Below, piece by piece: positions 36,877-45,712 of a stretch of DNA of 64,000 nt. Below the pieces are notes generated by a model. That model did not search any database, was not told where the DNA came from, and saw nothing but the letters and a program-made list of their open reading frames with translations. The position numbers were made by a program, and so were the translations under genes. This DNA comes from a virus (lineage: Duplodnaviria; Caudoviricetes): positions 7,894 through 71,893 of IMG/VR virus record IMGVR_UViG_3300031998_000059. One strand, written 5' to 3'. Positions within the stretch are counted from its first letter, which is position 1. Each line of letters opens with the position of its first letter.

Positions 36877-38391
36877 ATGAAAATAAAGGAACTATTGACA
36901 AAGAAGCCTTTCTACAGGCTCACAAACGGCAGCGACAAGGCCGCAAAGTACAACAAACCGATGCAGGTTGACAAGATGGTGTATGCGGAAAGGCCGCTGT
37001 TCGGCCAGTGCATGGCACAGGCGGACTACCTCGAAGAGTTCTACCCGTTCTCGCACAGGGTGATGTCCGAGTTCTACTTCCCTGAGTTCTACAACTTCTC
37101 CACGGAGAAGGACGAGAAAGGGGTGGACGTGATAAAATACCACCGTGAGGAGACGTTCCGCATCGGCTCCACGCTCCAGTGCCTCACCACCGTGCAGCAT
37201 CTCGTCCATATGACGGGCAACGACCTGCACTTCGAACTTACCGATGCCAAGGTTGACAGCGAGATAGAGGCTGAGTTCCGAGACATGCAGAAGGGATGGC
37301 TGTCACGCAACGGCGAAGTGGCCCTTTACAACCTCGTAAAGTCAACGGACATGACAGCCGATGCGGCTGTGGTGTTCTACATGCAGGAAGGGAAACTCGG
37401 AATACGCTCGCTCTCATACCTTGACGGTGACACGCTCTACCCCCACTACGACCCTATCAGCGGCAAGGAGAAGATGTTCGCCCGTAAGTTCTACGACTAT
37501 GACGAGGATGGCAACATGATAGTCTGCTGGGTGGAGGTTTGGGACGACGAGTTCCTAACGAGATACAAGCAGAGCCTCACGGGTGTCAAGGGGAAGGTGA
37601 ACCGCGTCATGGAGATATTCGGCCTTGAAGGATTCGAGATAGTATATAGGAAGCGACACGGATTCTCACGGTGCCCCGTAGTGTACTTCAGGGACAAGAA
37701 CAACGGCCCCGTATGGAACATCGTGCAGGCGCTCATTGACGACTACGAGGTGGCGCTTTCCTACCTCGCCAAGAACAGCGCGGGAACGGCACTCCCTGCC
37801 TACAAGCTGAAAGGCGACAACGTTGATGTGGAGGGTGACCCGCTCGGAAGAATCAGGGCGTTCACAATGGACAGGGAGGACGATGTGGAACTGTTGCAGC
37901 CGAAAGGGCTATCGGAGAACTACATCAAGTACATCGAACTGCTGCTGAACGAGATATTCCAGGGAGCGTTCATCGTCAAGCAGCCCGAACTGAAGTCTGG
38001 CGACACGCCGACGGGTACGATGAAGCTCTACTACGCGCCATCGCTCGACAAGGCCACGAACGACGCCAAGGAGTTCAAGCCAGCCATAGACGAGATGGTA
38101 AGCCTGTTCTGCGAGGGATGGGGCATGGAACACGGCAAGATGACGGAATACATGAGGCTGTCAGAGAGGATATTCGCATGGATAATCCCGTTTGTGCATG
38201 AGGACACTGCATCCACCATAGCCAACCTCGTAAGCGCAACGGGAGCTGGAATACTCTCAAAGGAGAGCGCGACGGAGCACAACCCCTACGCCACGAACAA
38301 CGAAGTGGACAGGATCACAAAGGAGACGAAACAGGAACAGCAGGCCGACAGGCTCTTCCAGCTCACAAGCAGGCAGACAAGCGCCACATGA
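36877..38391 (+). CDS. Portal protein
   Basis: 504 aa after terL; SPP1-like CPVVYFR..GP.W and LIDDYE. Confidence 0.8.
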   Translation: MKIKELLTKKPFYRLTNGSDKAAKYNKPMQVDKMVYAERPLFGQCMAQADYLEEFYPFSHRVMSEFYFPEFYNFSTEKDEKGVDVIKYHREETFRIGSTLQCLTTVQHLVHMTGNDLHFELTDAKVDSEIEAEFRDMQKGWLSRNGEVALYNLVKSTDMTADAAVVFYMQEGKLGIRSLSYLDGDTLYPHYDPISGKEKMFARKFYDYDEDGNMIVCWVEVWDDEFLTRYKQSLTGVKGKVNRVMEIFGLEGFEIVYRKRHGFSRCPVVYFRDKNNGPVWNIVQALIDDYEVALSYLAKNSAGTALPAYKLKGDNVDVEGDPLGRIRAFTMDREDDVELLQPKGLSENYIKYIELLLNEIFQGAFIVKQPELKSGDTPTGTMKLYYAPSLDKATNDAKEFKPAIDEMVSLFCEGWGMEHGKMTEYMRLSERIFAWIIPFVHEDTASTIANLVSATGAGILSKESATEHNPYATNNEVDRITKETKQEQQADRLFQLTSRQTSAT

Positions 38392-38422
38392 AAAAGAAGG
38401 AGGGTACAAGCCCTCCTTCTTC
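38391..38422. terminator. Bidirectional terminator
   Basis: gaaggaggg/ccctccttc. Confidence 0.75.
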
Positions 38423-38879
38423 ATCTGTGGTCATATACATTCACGTCATGGATACCGTATCCCGAATATTCTACAAGACCCCCGTCATATATGTTCACGC
38501 TCACGATGGCGTTGTCATAAACCGACAGCTTGAGTCCTGAATCATGCCTCACATAGATGTCCACCACAGCGAACCCCCTTATCTCAAGGTCAAGCGATGT
38601 GTCGCCAAGCAGTATGTATGTGCCGCTCTCTTCCGTCACCATCCTCTCATGCTCGCCGCAGAATATCTTCCTTGCAAGCCTCTCTTCCCTGCCGAAATGC
38701 TCCTTGATGAAGTCCAGCGGCGGGAAGTCGTGCTCGATACAGAAGTCCTGGCCGCTGATGAAGAGGTCCATCAGGTCGTCCTTGGAATAGTCGTCACTCC
38801 ACGGATTGTAATAGGCGTCGCACATACCGATGTCGCGCCCCATCCTCTTTATGGTATTGCTAAGTCCAGAATCCTTCAT
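38421..38879 (-). CDS. Hypothetical protein
   Basis: G.DFCIEHDFPPLDFI plus beta-repeat C-terminus. Confidence 0.7.
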   Translation of the reverse strand: MKDSGLSNTIKRMGRDIGMCDAYYNPWSDDYSKDDLMDLFISGQDFCIEHDFPPLDFIKEHFGREERLARKIFCGEHERMVTEESGTYILLGDTSLDLEIRGFAVVDIYVRHDSGLKLSVYDNAIVSVNIYDGGLVEYSGYGIHDVNVYDHR

Positions 38880-39649
38880 AACGCGTTCTTGTCATATACC
38901 CATATAACATAGCATCTGCAATGGTTGTGGTACATGGGGAGGCTCTCCTCATCCCCTATGTCATGATACCCCACATAACCGTCGCACACATCGCAGGGAT
39001 AGCTGCTGCCGCGCTGCACCACATAGCCCACGGCGCTGTCCTTGTGCTCGTGATAGTCGTACCAGCCCCACCCCTCTGCCAAGGCATGGCCGCAGATGTC
39101 GCCGAGCGCCTTGCGTGAGGAAACGGGCACACCCTGCCCGTAGCTTGGTGTGTCAAGGCTGACAGGCACGCGTATCTCACCCCTCGCTTCCATCTCCCTC
39201 GCCTCAACGATGATGGGGTTCCCGAAAGGCTTGTCCCAGTTCTTGGCAACAGTACCGAGGATGAACCCGTCGGTCTTGCCGAGAATCTTGCCTACAATCA
39301 TCAGGAGGGCAACTTCGTCGGCGAACGTGCGCACACGCGTACGCACACGTTCCTTCAACGTACTGCCGTTCCACTCCCTGTTTATGAAGGCCACGATACC
39401 GTCCCTCTCATCGGTATGCTCGTCAACGGCGAGAATCTCGCAGTCCTCGCACATCCTGTCGGTGACGATGTTCACAAGGGCGTCTATAACGTCCTCCGAG
39501 ACACCCTCCGCAAGCATGGAGACAAGCAGCCTCGCCATAGATGCGAGAAGGTCGTCTATGTCACCCTGCATACTCACCTCGTTCTCCATGCGCTGCCTTG
39601 CATACTCCAAGGCCTCCTTCTGCTCACGAAGCCCGTAATACCTACCCAT
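38876..39649 (-). CDS. Head morphogenesis (Mu gpF-like) protein
   Basis: SSYPCDVCD...LPMYHNHCRC. Confidence 0.75.
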   Translation of the reverse strand: MGRYYGLREQKEALEYARQRMENEVSMQGDIDDLLASMARLLVSMLAEGVSEDVIDALVNIVTDRMCEDCEILAVDEHTDERDGIVAFINREWNGSTLKERVRTRVRTFADEVALLMIVGKILGKTDGFILGTVAKNWDKPFGNPIIVEAREMEARGEIRVPVSLDTPSYGQGVPVSSRKALGDICGHALAEGWGWYDYHEHKDSAVGYVVQRGSSYPCDVCDGYVGYHDIGDEESLPMYHNHCRCYVIWVYDKNAL

Positions 39650-40022
39650 TGTTTATCTCCTCCGCAAGCCGTTCCACCTCTGCGGCGTTACTGAGCATCA
39701 CCTCATCGTCCTCAGAGGCTATCTCAGGTATGCCGGCATCCTTGATCTCCTTCTGGATGGCCGCAACGATGTCACGGTATGTGTCCACCGAGTGCATCGA
39801 ATACGTCACGGCGAACATCACCGTGCAGAAGGAGTCAAGAGCCTCCTCGTTGTCAAGCACCTCCTTCAACATCATGTACATCACGCTGTCAAAGCGGTAC
39901 TCCAGCTTCCAGTCACCGTTCACGGTAGTGATACCGATGTAGGTCATGTCATTGCGCTCCTCTCCGTATATCACGAAGTTACGCAGTCTCTTCAGTGTCT
40001 TTGTCTTCATTTGTCCCATCAT
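39642..40022 (-). CDS. Hypothetical protein
   Basis: Coupled ORF. Confidence 0.65.
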   Translation of the reverse strand: MMGQMKTKTLKRLRNFVIYGEERNDMTYIGITTVNGDWKLEYRFDSVMYMMLKEVLDNEEALDSFCTVMFAVTYSMHSVDTYRDIVAAIQKEIKDAGIPEIASEDDEVMLSNAAEVERLAEEINNG

Positions 40023-41967
40023 TTAGTGTTATGTCTTCAAGAAACCCCTTGCCGCCCTTGGAGTATGCACCCCTCGAACCGTTGCAGGACTTCACGTTGG
40101 TCATGTCGAAACCGAACTCCTTGTGCGCCCTCTCATAGGCCTCCATCTGCGTCATGGTGTCGTCAACGACTATCCAGCCGCCTATCTGAGGCTCGTCATT
40201 GCCGTATTTCCTGTAGGGGAGGTTGTTGTACTGCATCGCCTGGTTGAAGAGGTAACGCTCGTACTTGAGCATCCTCTGCTGCTCCCTGTGGCGCGACTTC
40301 TCCTCGTCAGAACCTATCACGTGCATCTCGTGCAGCTTCTCAAGGCATCCCTTCACATCATACATCATCCTCTCCCTGTTCGACTTCATGAGGCCCTCGA
40401 ACCACCCCTTGCCCCTCGCCTTGCTGATTACAGAGCTGCTCACACCGGCAATCCTGGCAAGTGAGACCATCGAGGTGGCCCACAGCACACCGTCAACCGT
40501 CATGGTGCATGACCTCGGACTCACCTCCTTGATCTTGCGTACAAGCTGGCCGTTGTCGTTGAACATGCTCGCACGAAGCTTGTTGATGAACCGCTTGCTG
40601 TAGAGCTTGAAGCACGTCTCCCCCTGAACGGACACCTTCTTGTAGCCCGATATGACAAGCTCCTTGGAGAATATCACCTTCGACACTATCTCCTTGAGGT
40701 TGGCGTTGCACCAGTCGATGTACTTCTCATAGAGCTTCTTCAGGGGCATAGTCCTCGTTGCCTCCACCTCGATGTTCTCAAACGCCGGAAGCCAGCCGTT
40801 CATGCGCATGAAGGTCACAGGGGCCGAGAACTGGGCCACACCCTCCTTCATCGTAGTCTCGCTGTCGGTTATCTGAGGTATCTTGTACCCGGCTGCGGCA
40901 AGCTTGTCACGCCCGTCGAGAATCCAGTTCATGATGCCGGCATACTCGCTGCGCATCTCATACGCCAAGTGCGGGTTCTGCCTCTCCTTGGGTATGGTCA
41001 CGTTGAAGGGGATTATCGTGATGCGCCTCGTCATTCCGTACGACTTGTCACGTATCGTCGGCATCCTGTTGGCATTCGCCATGATGAGCGGGATGTTCCT
41101 CACCTCGCACCTGTCCTGATACAGCTTCCTCCCATACACAGGCTCACCGCTTATCATCGCCTTCAGACGGTCGCTGTTGGTGTCGAACTCACCCGCCTGT
41201 ATCTCCGAACAATAGTTAAGGCGCTTGCCGTTTATCAGCATGATGGTCTGGTCACCGACCGCACCCGTATGGCACAGGTCCTTCAGACCCGACTTGCTCA
41301 CGTTCTCGTCACCCAAAACACCCCTCACCGTCTCCTGCACAACACTCTTGCCGTTCGCACCCGTCCCAAGCAGTATGAGCATCGTCTCTATCCGCTGTTC
41401 GTACCTGTTCACGAAAACAGCCCCTAAGAACATCTGCAACACTTCTTGCAAAGCCTTGTCGGGCAACACGCTGTCAAGGAAATTATGCCAGATATATATC
41501 CTCTTCCCAGGCTCGTAGTCGTAGTTCACACGGGTTATCTGGACGAACTTCTTGTCGAACTTGTGCTGCTTCCTCGTCGTCACATCCAACACACAATTAC
41601 CGAACACTATCACGGAATTGTCCAGCAACAGCTTCTTGCTCATCACAACCGAATAGCAGTGATGCTTGTACCTGTCGTCAAACACCGAGTCTTCATCAGG
41701 CAATATGACTTTGAAGGAGATGATCTGATAAACAGCATTGTAGAAATCGTTCGTGTCTATAGGCTCGTATATCTCACCCGTGAAGAAATATATCTGACCA
41801 TTCAACGTTCCAAGACTGCTCTTCATGATGCTCCTGTAGAACAACTTCTTCATCTTGCCGAAACGCTTCGAAGGCCACTTCGCCTTCGCCACATCATCTA
41901 ACGACTTGCAACCGTCAGAAACCATGATAGACCATAATTCATCGACTAAGCGCGCTATTTTGTTCAT
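39979..41967 (-). CDS. D5/P4-family SF3 helicase with C-terminal HTH
   Basis: D5_N region; LGTGANGKS Walker A; GKRLNYCSE; RRITIIPF. Confidence 0.85.
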   Translation of the reverse strand: MNKIARLVDELWSIMVSDGCKSLDDVAKAKWPSKRFGKMKKLFYRSIMKSSLGTLNGQIYFFTGEIYEPIDTNDFYNAVYQIISFKVILPDEDSVFDDRYKHHCYSVVMSKKLLLDNSVIVFGNCVLDVTTRKQHKFDKKFVQITRVNYDYEPGKRIYIWHNFLDSVLPDKALQEVLQMFLGAVFVNRYEQRIETMLILLGTGANGKSVVQETVRGVLGDENVSKSGLKDLCHTGAVGDQTIMLINGKRLNYCSEIQAGEFDTNSDRLKAMISGEPVYGRKLYQDRCEVRNIPLIMANANRMPTIRDKSYGMTRRITIIPFNVTIPKERQNPHLAYEMRSEYAGIMNWILDGRDKLAAAGYKIPQITDSETTMKEGVAQFSAPVTFMRMNGWLPAFENIEVEATRTMPLKKLYEKYIDWCNANLKEIVSKVIFSKELVISGYKKVSVQGETCFKLYSKRFINKLRASMFNDNGQLVRKIKEVSPRSCTMTVDGVLWATSMVSLARIAGVSSSVISKARGKGWFEGLMKSNRERMMYDVKGCLEKLHEMHVIGSDEEKSRHREQQRMLKYERYLFNQAMQYNNLPYRKYGNDEPQIGGWIVVDDTMTQMEAYERAHKEFGFDMTNVKSCNGSRGAYSKGGKGFLEDITLNDGTNEDKDTEETA

Positions 41968-42014
41968 AATCAGCGTTTTAAGTGTTTGTAGATGAAAAGA
42001 AGAAAAAATTTCTG

Positions 42015-42400
42015 TCTTTTCTTATATATATATTTCTTTCTTTTCTTTTATTTATTTTCTTTTCTTTCTAACTCCCTAACTCACAACATCTTAACGACCT
42101 CAAATTTACCACAACCAACCACAACTCACCTCAACATCTCTACGCAAATTTTTCGGACTTTCTTCAAACCCTCACAACAACTTCAACTCCGCAAAATTAA
42201 CCATTCCCAAACAATATTCCAAATTTTACTTTAATTTATAAACCTATCTACAACAAAAACAACATCACAACCCAAATCAAAACGACAAAAAAAATAAAAA
42301 AATTTTCAGAAAAAATAAAAATATCGAGGGGGAATGAAAGTGCCTTTCTGCATAGGTAGCAGGGGGGGCGGTGGTGTCTTCCTGCACCACCGGCCACCGA
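42015..42400. other. G-depleted tract and skew switch; candidate packaging or terminus site
   Basis: 6 G in 240 nt (42061-42300), then G-runs and an 8-bp inverted repeat. Confidence 0.45.
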
Positions 42401-42429
42401 TGCAGGAACTTTATTTTATACCTATAAAA

Positions 42430-43026
42430 TTAAGCATCTGAGGCATTTTCTTTTACTTTGTCCTGAAATTCTTTGAATAAGGCCATTATTTTACACGTTC
42501 TACAGTGTGAAATGTAAGGAAGATAAAACTTTCTCCGCTCCTCATCCGCTTTGATCTCATCTTGTTTCATCCTTTGAAGGTCGGCAATACTCATTAAGAT
42601 GTCCTTTTTATCTTTTCCGGTGGCCGATTCAGCTAATAGCGAAAGCTCCGCTATGATATACGATTTGTCAGTATATTTTTTTCCTCTCTCACTATTCAAA
42701 TAATTTTCCTTTTCTTCTTCCTGCTTTTTCTTCTCGTTGTTTATTTCGTTTTGGATAGTGCTTTTTGCCTCCTGGTTTACGGTGTGCAGGTGTTTGGAGC
42801 TTTTTATTTTTTGGATCAGTATTTTTAACCCTGGGTTATTGTCTAAGAGTTCTTGGGCTTTGTTGTTTGCCTGGTCTGCTGTCAGATGCCTTGTTCCTCT
42901 ATGATACAGGAAATAGTAAGCTTCCGCCCTGTCTGTTCCTGTAGCAAGGAGCCTTGCAAAAATAACCTCTCTGGGGTCGATGTTGTATTTTCTTGCTGTT
43001 GTCTGGGTGCTGTTTGTAAGTTCCAT
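42430..43026 (-). CDS. Terminase small subunit-like protein
   Basis: FARLLATG.DRAEAY HTH; coiled coil; promoter TACCTTTG at 43062-69. Confidence 0.55.
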   Translation of the reverse strand: MELTNSTQTTARKYNIDPREVIFARLLATGTDRAEAYYFLYHRGTRHLTADQANNKAQELLDNNPGLKILIQKIKSSKHLHTVNQEAKSTIQNEINNEKKKQEEEKENYLNSERGKKYTDKSYIIAELSLLAESATGKDKKDILMSIADLQRMKQDEIKADEERRKFYLPYISHCRTCKIMALFKEFQDKVKENASDA

Positions 43027-43223
43027 ATTTTTTTGTTTATATTTTAGTGTTGTTTAGTTTACAAAGGTAGTTTTTTATTTTGATAGTTCAAAATATTTGT
43101 TGTTCCTGTTGCCTGGTGGTGTGTTGCTGCCTGGTTGTTCCATGGTGTTTTTGCTGGTAATTTCTGAGAGTGATTTTTTTTGAAAAAAAGTGCGATTTTC
43201 TATAAAAATAATTGCCTTTTTAT

Positions 43224-43254
43224 TTTGATATATCAAATATTTGTTGTAATTTTG
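43224..43254 (+). promoter_or_regulatory. Early promoter
   Basis: TTTG-19 nt-TAATTTTG. Confidence 0.7.
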
Positions 43255-43322
43255 TAGGTGAAGAGAGGGAGATATTTAAACCCCTTGGTTAATGCAATTT
43301 ATTTACTTAAAAATTTATCATT

Positions 43323-43622
43323 ATGGGAGCTTACGAATTTAAAAACGTTAAAGTGGTTGAGTTTGTTAATACTGTGACCCCTGAAGAGGAACCGGGCAAA
43401 GAATATGTTTGCCTTACAAATGGGGAGATCTGTTTGTGTCGTGAATTTAGAAACGGCAAAGAAGTTTCTTTTTATATTGCCATAGTAGAGAAAAGTTTCA
43501 AGAACTTGCAGGAACTTTTTAACGCTGGTTATAATTTCGGATGTGCTTATATTAAAACCTCCTTAGACGCTGTAAGAGTAGAAATAGATATCCGCAGTAT
43601 TACGGCGATAGAGTTTGAATAA
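43323..43622 (+). CDS. Early hypothetical protein
   Basis: ORF after the promoter. Confidence 0.65.
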   Translation: MGAYEFKNVKVVEFVNTVTPEEEPGKEYVCLTNGEICLCREFRNGKEVSFYIAIVEKSFKNLQELFNAGYNFGCAYIKTSLDAVRVEIDIRSITAIEFE

Positions 43623-43676
43623 GAAATATTCTACATTCCCAGCCAAAATAATTTTAACCCTATAAAAATAGCTATT

Positions 43677-43967
43677 ATGAGACATTATTTAACAGTTTAC
43701 AAAAGCAGTGTTTGCATCCCGTTGTTATCTTCCAACGGTGTTACGGCTACAGATAAGGCAACTTTTGCCGCTGTATCAATTGACATTCAGGCCAGGGCGA
43801 AAGGTGTTAATATTACCTATCTCCCAGGCGAAAAAGTTTCTTTTACCTGCATTCACAAATATATTGTAAAAGTACCTGCGAAAGCGTTAAAAGATTTAGA
43901 ATCGTTTAAGGCGTGGAATTATGAAAGAATAGACAAATATTTTAAAAAAGATGTAATCAAGCAATAA
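43677..43967 (+). CDS. Early hypothetical protein
   Basis: ORF followed by a terminator. Confidence 0.6.
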   Translation: MRHYLTVYKSSVCIPLLSSNGVTATDKATFAAVSIDIQARAKGVNITYLPGEKVSFTCIHKYIVKVPAKALKDLESFKAWNYERIDKYFKKDVIKQ

Positions 43968-43968
43968 T

Positions 43969-44065
43969 AAAAAGCCTGCTACCTTCCCAGGCGGCAGGCC
44001 AAACAAATGCAATTTACTTACTACCTTTGGCAGATCGCCAAAAATAGAAAAGCGATGCAAAGGTA
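43969..44065 (-). ncRNA. Candidate antisense small RNA
   Basis: TACCTTTG (minus) at 44058-65; terminator gcctgc/gcaggc plus U5. Confidence 0.35.
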
Positions 44066-44109
44066 GGTATTAAAAAGAAGATAAACAAATTAATTTAATA
44101 CTTGCTATT

Positions 44110-44490
44110 ATGAAAACGAATGAAAAGATTTTCCAAGAGATTAGAGAAACGGGCGTTATTACTGAAAGTAACATCCGGTTGTTAAAGAACAGATCAAACA
44201 GAGAGGGCAAAAACCTTTTTGATTACTCCCTACTTGAACAGATCAACGGAGGAAACGGAATCCCGGTAACAGAAGAGCAGGGGCTAAAGGGTCTTGCATG
44301 GTTGTTTAAGTTCATGAAAAGAGGAATTTACGGCAATAGAGAGATAGAAATAATAAAGAATGCATCTTGCAATGATTTCCTTTTTGTTGGCTTTTATGAT
44401 TCTGGCAGCTTTTATAGAAACTATTTACCGACCTACAAATTAAATGGTATGCAATACGTTCCAATGGCAGAACCCTATATAATTGGTTAA
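44110..44490 (+). CDS. Early hypothetical protein
   Basis: 126-aa ORF with AT-rich leader. Confidence 0.7.
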   Translation: MKTNEKIFQEIRETGVITESNIRLLKNRSNREGKNLFDYSLLEQINGGNGIPVTEEQGLKGLAWLFKFMKRGIYGNREIEIIKNASCNDFLFVGFYDSGSFYRNYLPTYKLNGMQYVPMAEPYIIG

Positions 44491-44492
44491 TC

Positions 44493-44591
44493 ATGGGATC
44501 ACTATTTATAATATTTGCGGTGGCCGTTGCGATAGTGGCGGCGCCGCTTCCTGAAAGTTTAAAAAATGATTTATCGGACGAATTAAAATAA
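44493..44591 (+). CDS. 32-aa hydrophobic peptide
   Basis: MGSLFIIFAVAVAIVAAPLP... Confidence 0.4.
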   Translation: MGSLFIIFAVAVAIVAAPLPESLKNDLSDELK

Positions 44592-44607
44592 TAGGAGGAA
44601 ATAAAAA

Positions 44608-44805
44608 ATGAGACGTAACAAATATTTTTGCGATGCTTTGAAGAATGCAGGAATAGACATAAAAAAAGATTACTTTTCTTTAACATCTTCCGAAATTTCA
44701 ACAGTTGAAGAGATCAGGAAAGCGTTTAAATATTCTGGCAAAAATTGCATTGGCAGATCACCGAATAGATAATTTTATTATGCTGCCCAAAGAGGGAATA
44801 AATAA
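44608..44805 (+). CDS. Small hypothetical protein, possibly with a premature TAA at 44770
   Basis: GGAGG RBS; frame continues FYYAAQRGNK after the stop. Confidence 0.5.
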
Positions 44806-44837
44806 AAAGAGTCATTAACATTAAAAAATATCAGATC

Positions 44838-45071
44838 ATGGGATCATTGGAAAGTAAAATATATGGGTTCATTGAAGATAACAACATAGCAACCAGTGAA
44901 GAAATTAACTTAGTTACTTCCGTTGCCGGTTATACTGTCGAAACGTTAAACGCTATCATCTACGCAAGAACGGGTTACCATGACGAGGAACAGTGCCTTA
45001 CATGTGAGCCAGATAATTATCATGATGTAAACGGCGATTTCTCAGAAGAGGAAGAAGAGGAAGAAATCTAA
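44838..45071 (+). CDS. Acidic-tail hypothetical protein
   Basis: IIYARTGYHD; poly-Glu end. Confidence 0.7.
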   Translation: MGSLESKIYGFIEDNNIATSEEINLVTSVAGYTVETLNAIIYARTGYHDEEQCLTCEPDNYHDVNGDFSEEEEEEEI

Positions 45072-45121
45072 TTATTAACCAGCTCCAGGGCGCAAAGCCC
45101 TGGGGCGCAAAAAACAAGAAC

Positions 45122-45292
45122 ATGAAAGAAAATTATACGCATTATTATGTAGTTTCGCCCTATGAGCCAATGACGGAAAAAGATTTTCTTTCAAGGCAAA
45201 GCGAATTTGCAAAGGAGGGCCGCAAAGTGTTGGCCATTATATTTAACTGCAAAGATTATAAAGACTTTAGGATCAAATATTTTGGCGAATAA
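45122..45292 (+). CDS. 56-aa hypothetical protein
   Basis: Below the ORF-track cutoff; read manually. Confidence 0.5.
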   Translation: MKENYTHYYVVSPYEPMTEKDFLSRQSEFAKEGRKVLAIIFNCKDYKDFRIKYFGE

Positions 45293-45316
45293 CTAACAGG
45301 CAAATTTTTCTTAGTT

Positions 45317-45562
45317 ATGAAAAAATATTTTGTTAACTATCAAAAAAACATAGATATGAAAAGCGAAGAGTTAACTATCAAATATAATAGGAGTAAAAGA
45401 ACATACACCATTAGAAAGTATGTCAACGGCAAACTGTTTGCCAAATATCGCAGCTTGCCACAATCTCAAAATGCCTGGTCAGAAGATTTGACAGAGGGCG
45501 ACATAAGGGCGTTTTTAAAGGGTTCAGATTATTATCTGGTAAAACGGAAAGGAGGCGTTTAA
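45317..45562 (+). CDS. Hypothetical protein
   Basis: TYTIRKYVNGKLFAKYRS. Confidence 0.65.
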   Translation: MKKYFVNYQKNIDMKSEELTIKYNRSKRTYTIRKYVNGKLFAKYRSLPQSQNAWSEDLTEGDIRAFLKGSDYYLVKRKGGV

Positions 45563-45712
45563 ATGCTTGGTTTGTGGGTTTGGATCATCGTTCTAACTTA
45601 TTTGGGGCTTTTCATTCTGCCCTGGTGGTTCTTTGTTGGAGTAATAATAATAGCAGTAATCAAATTTTATCATGACAACGGAAATGGAAGAAATAACAAA
45701 ACGCTGGTATGA
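45563..45712 (+). CDS. 49-aa membrane peptide
   Basis: Trp-rich hydrophobic ORF with GGAGG RBS. Confidence 0.5.
   Translation: MLGLWVWIIVLTYLGLFILPWWFFVGVIIIAVIKFYHDNGNGRNNKTLV

Noticed and set aside
41992-42234. 80-aa ORF in the G-poor tract
   Set aside because: It is a low-complexity artefact of base composition.
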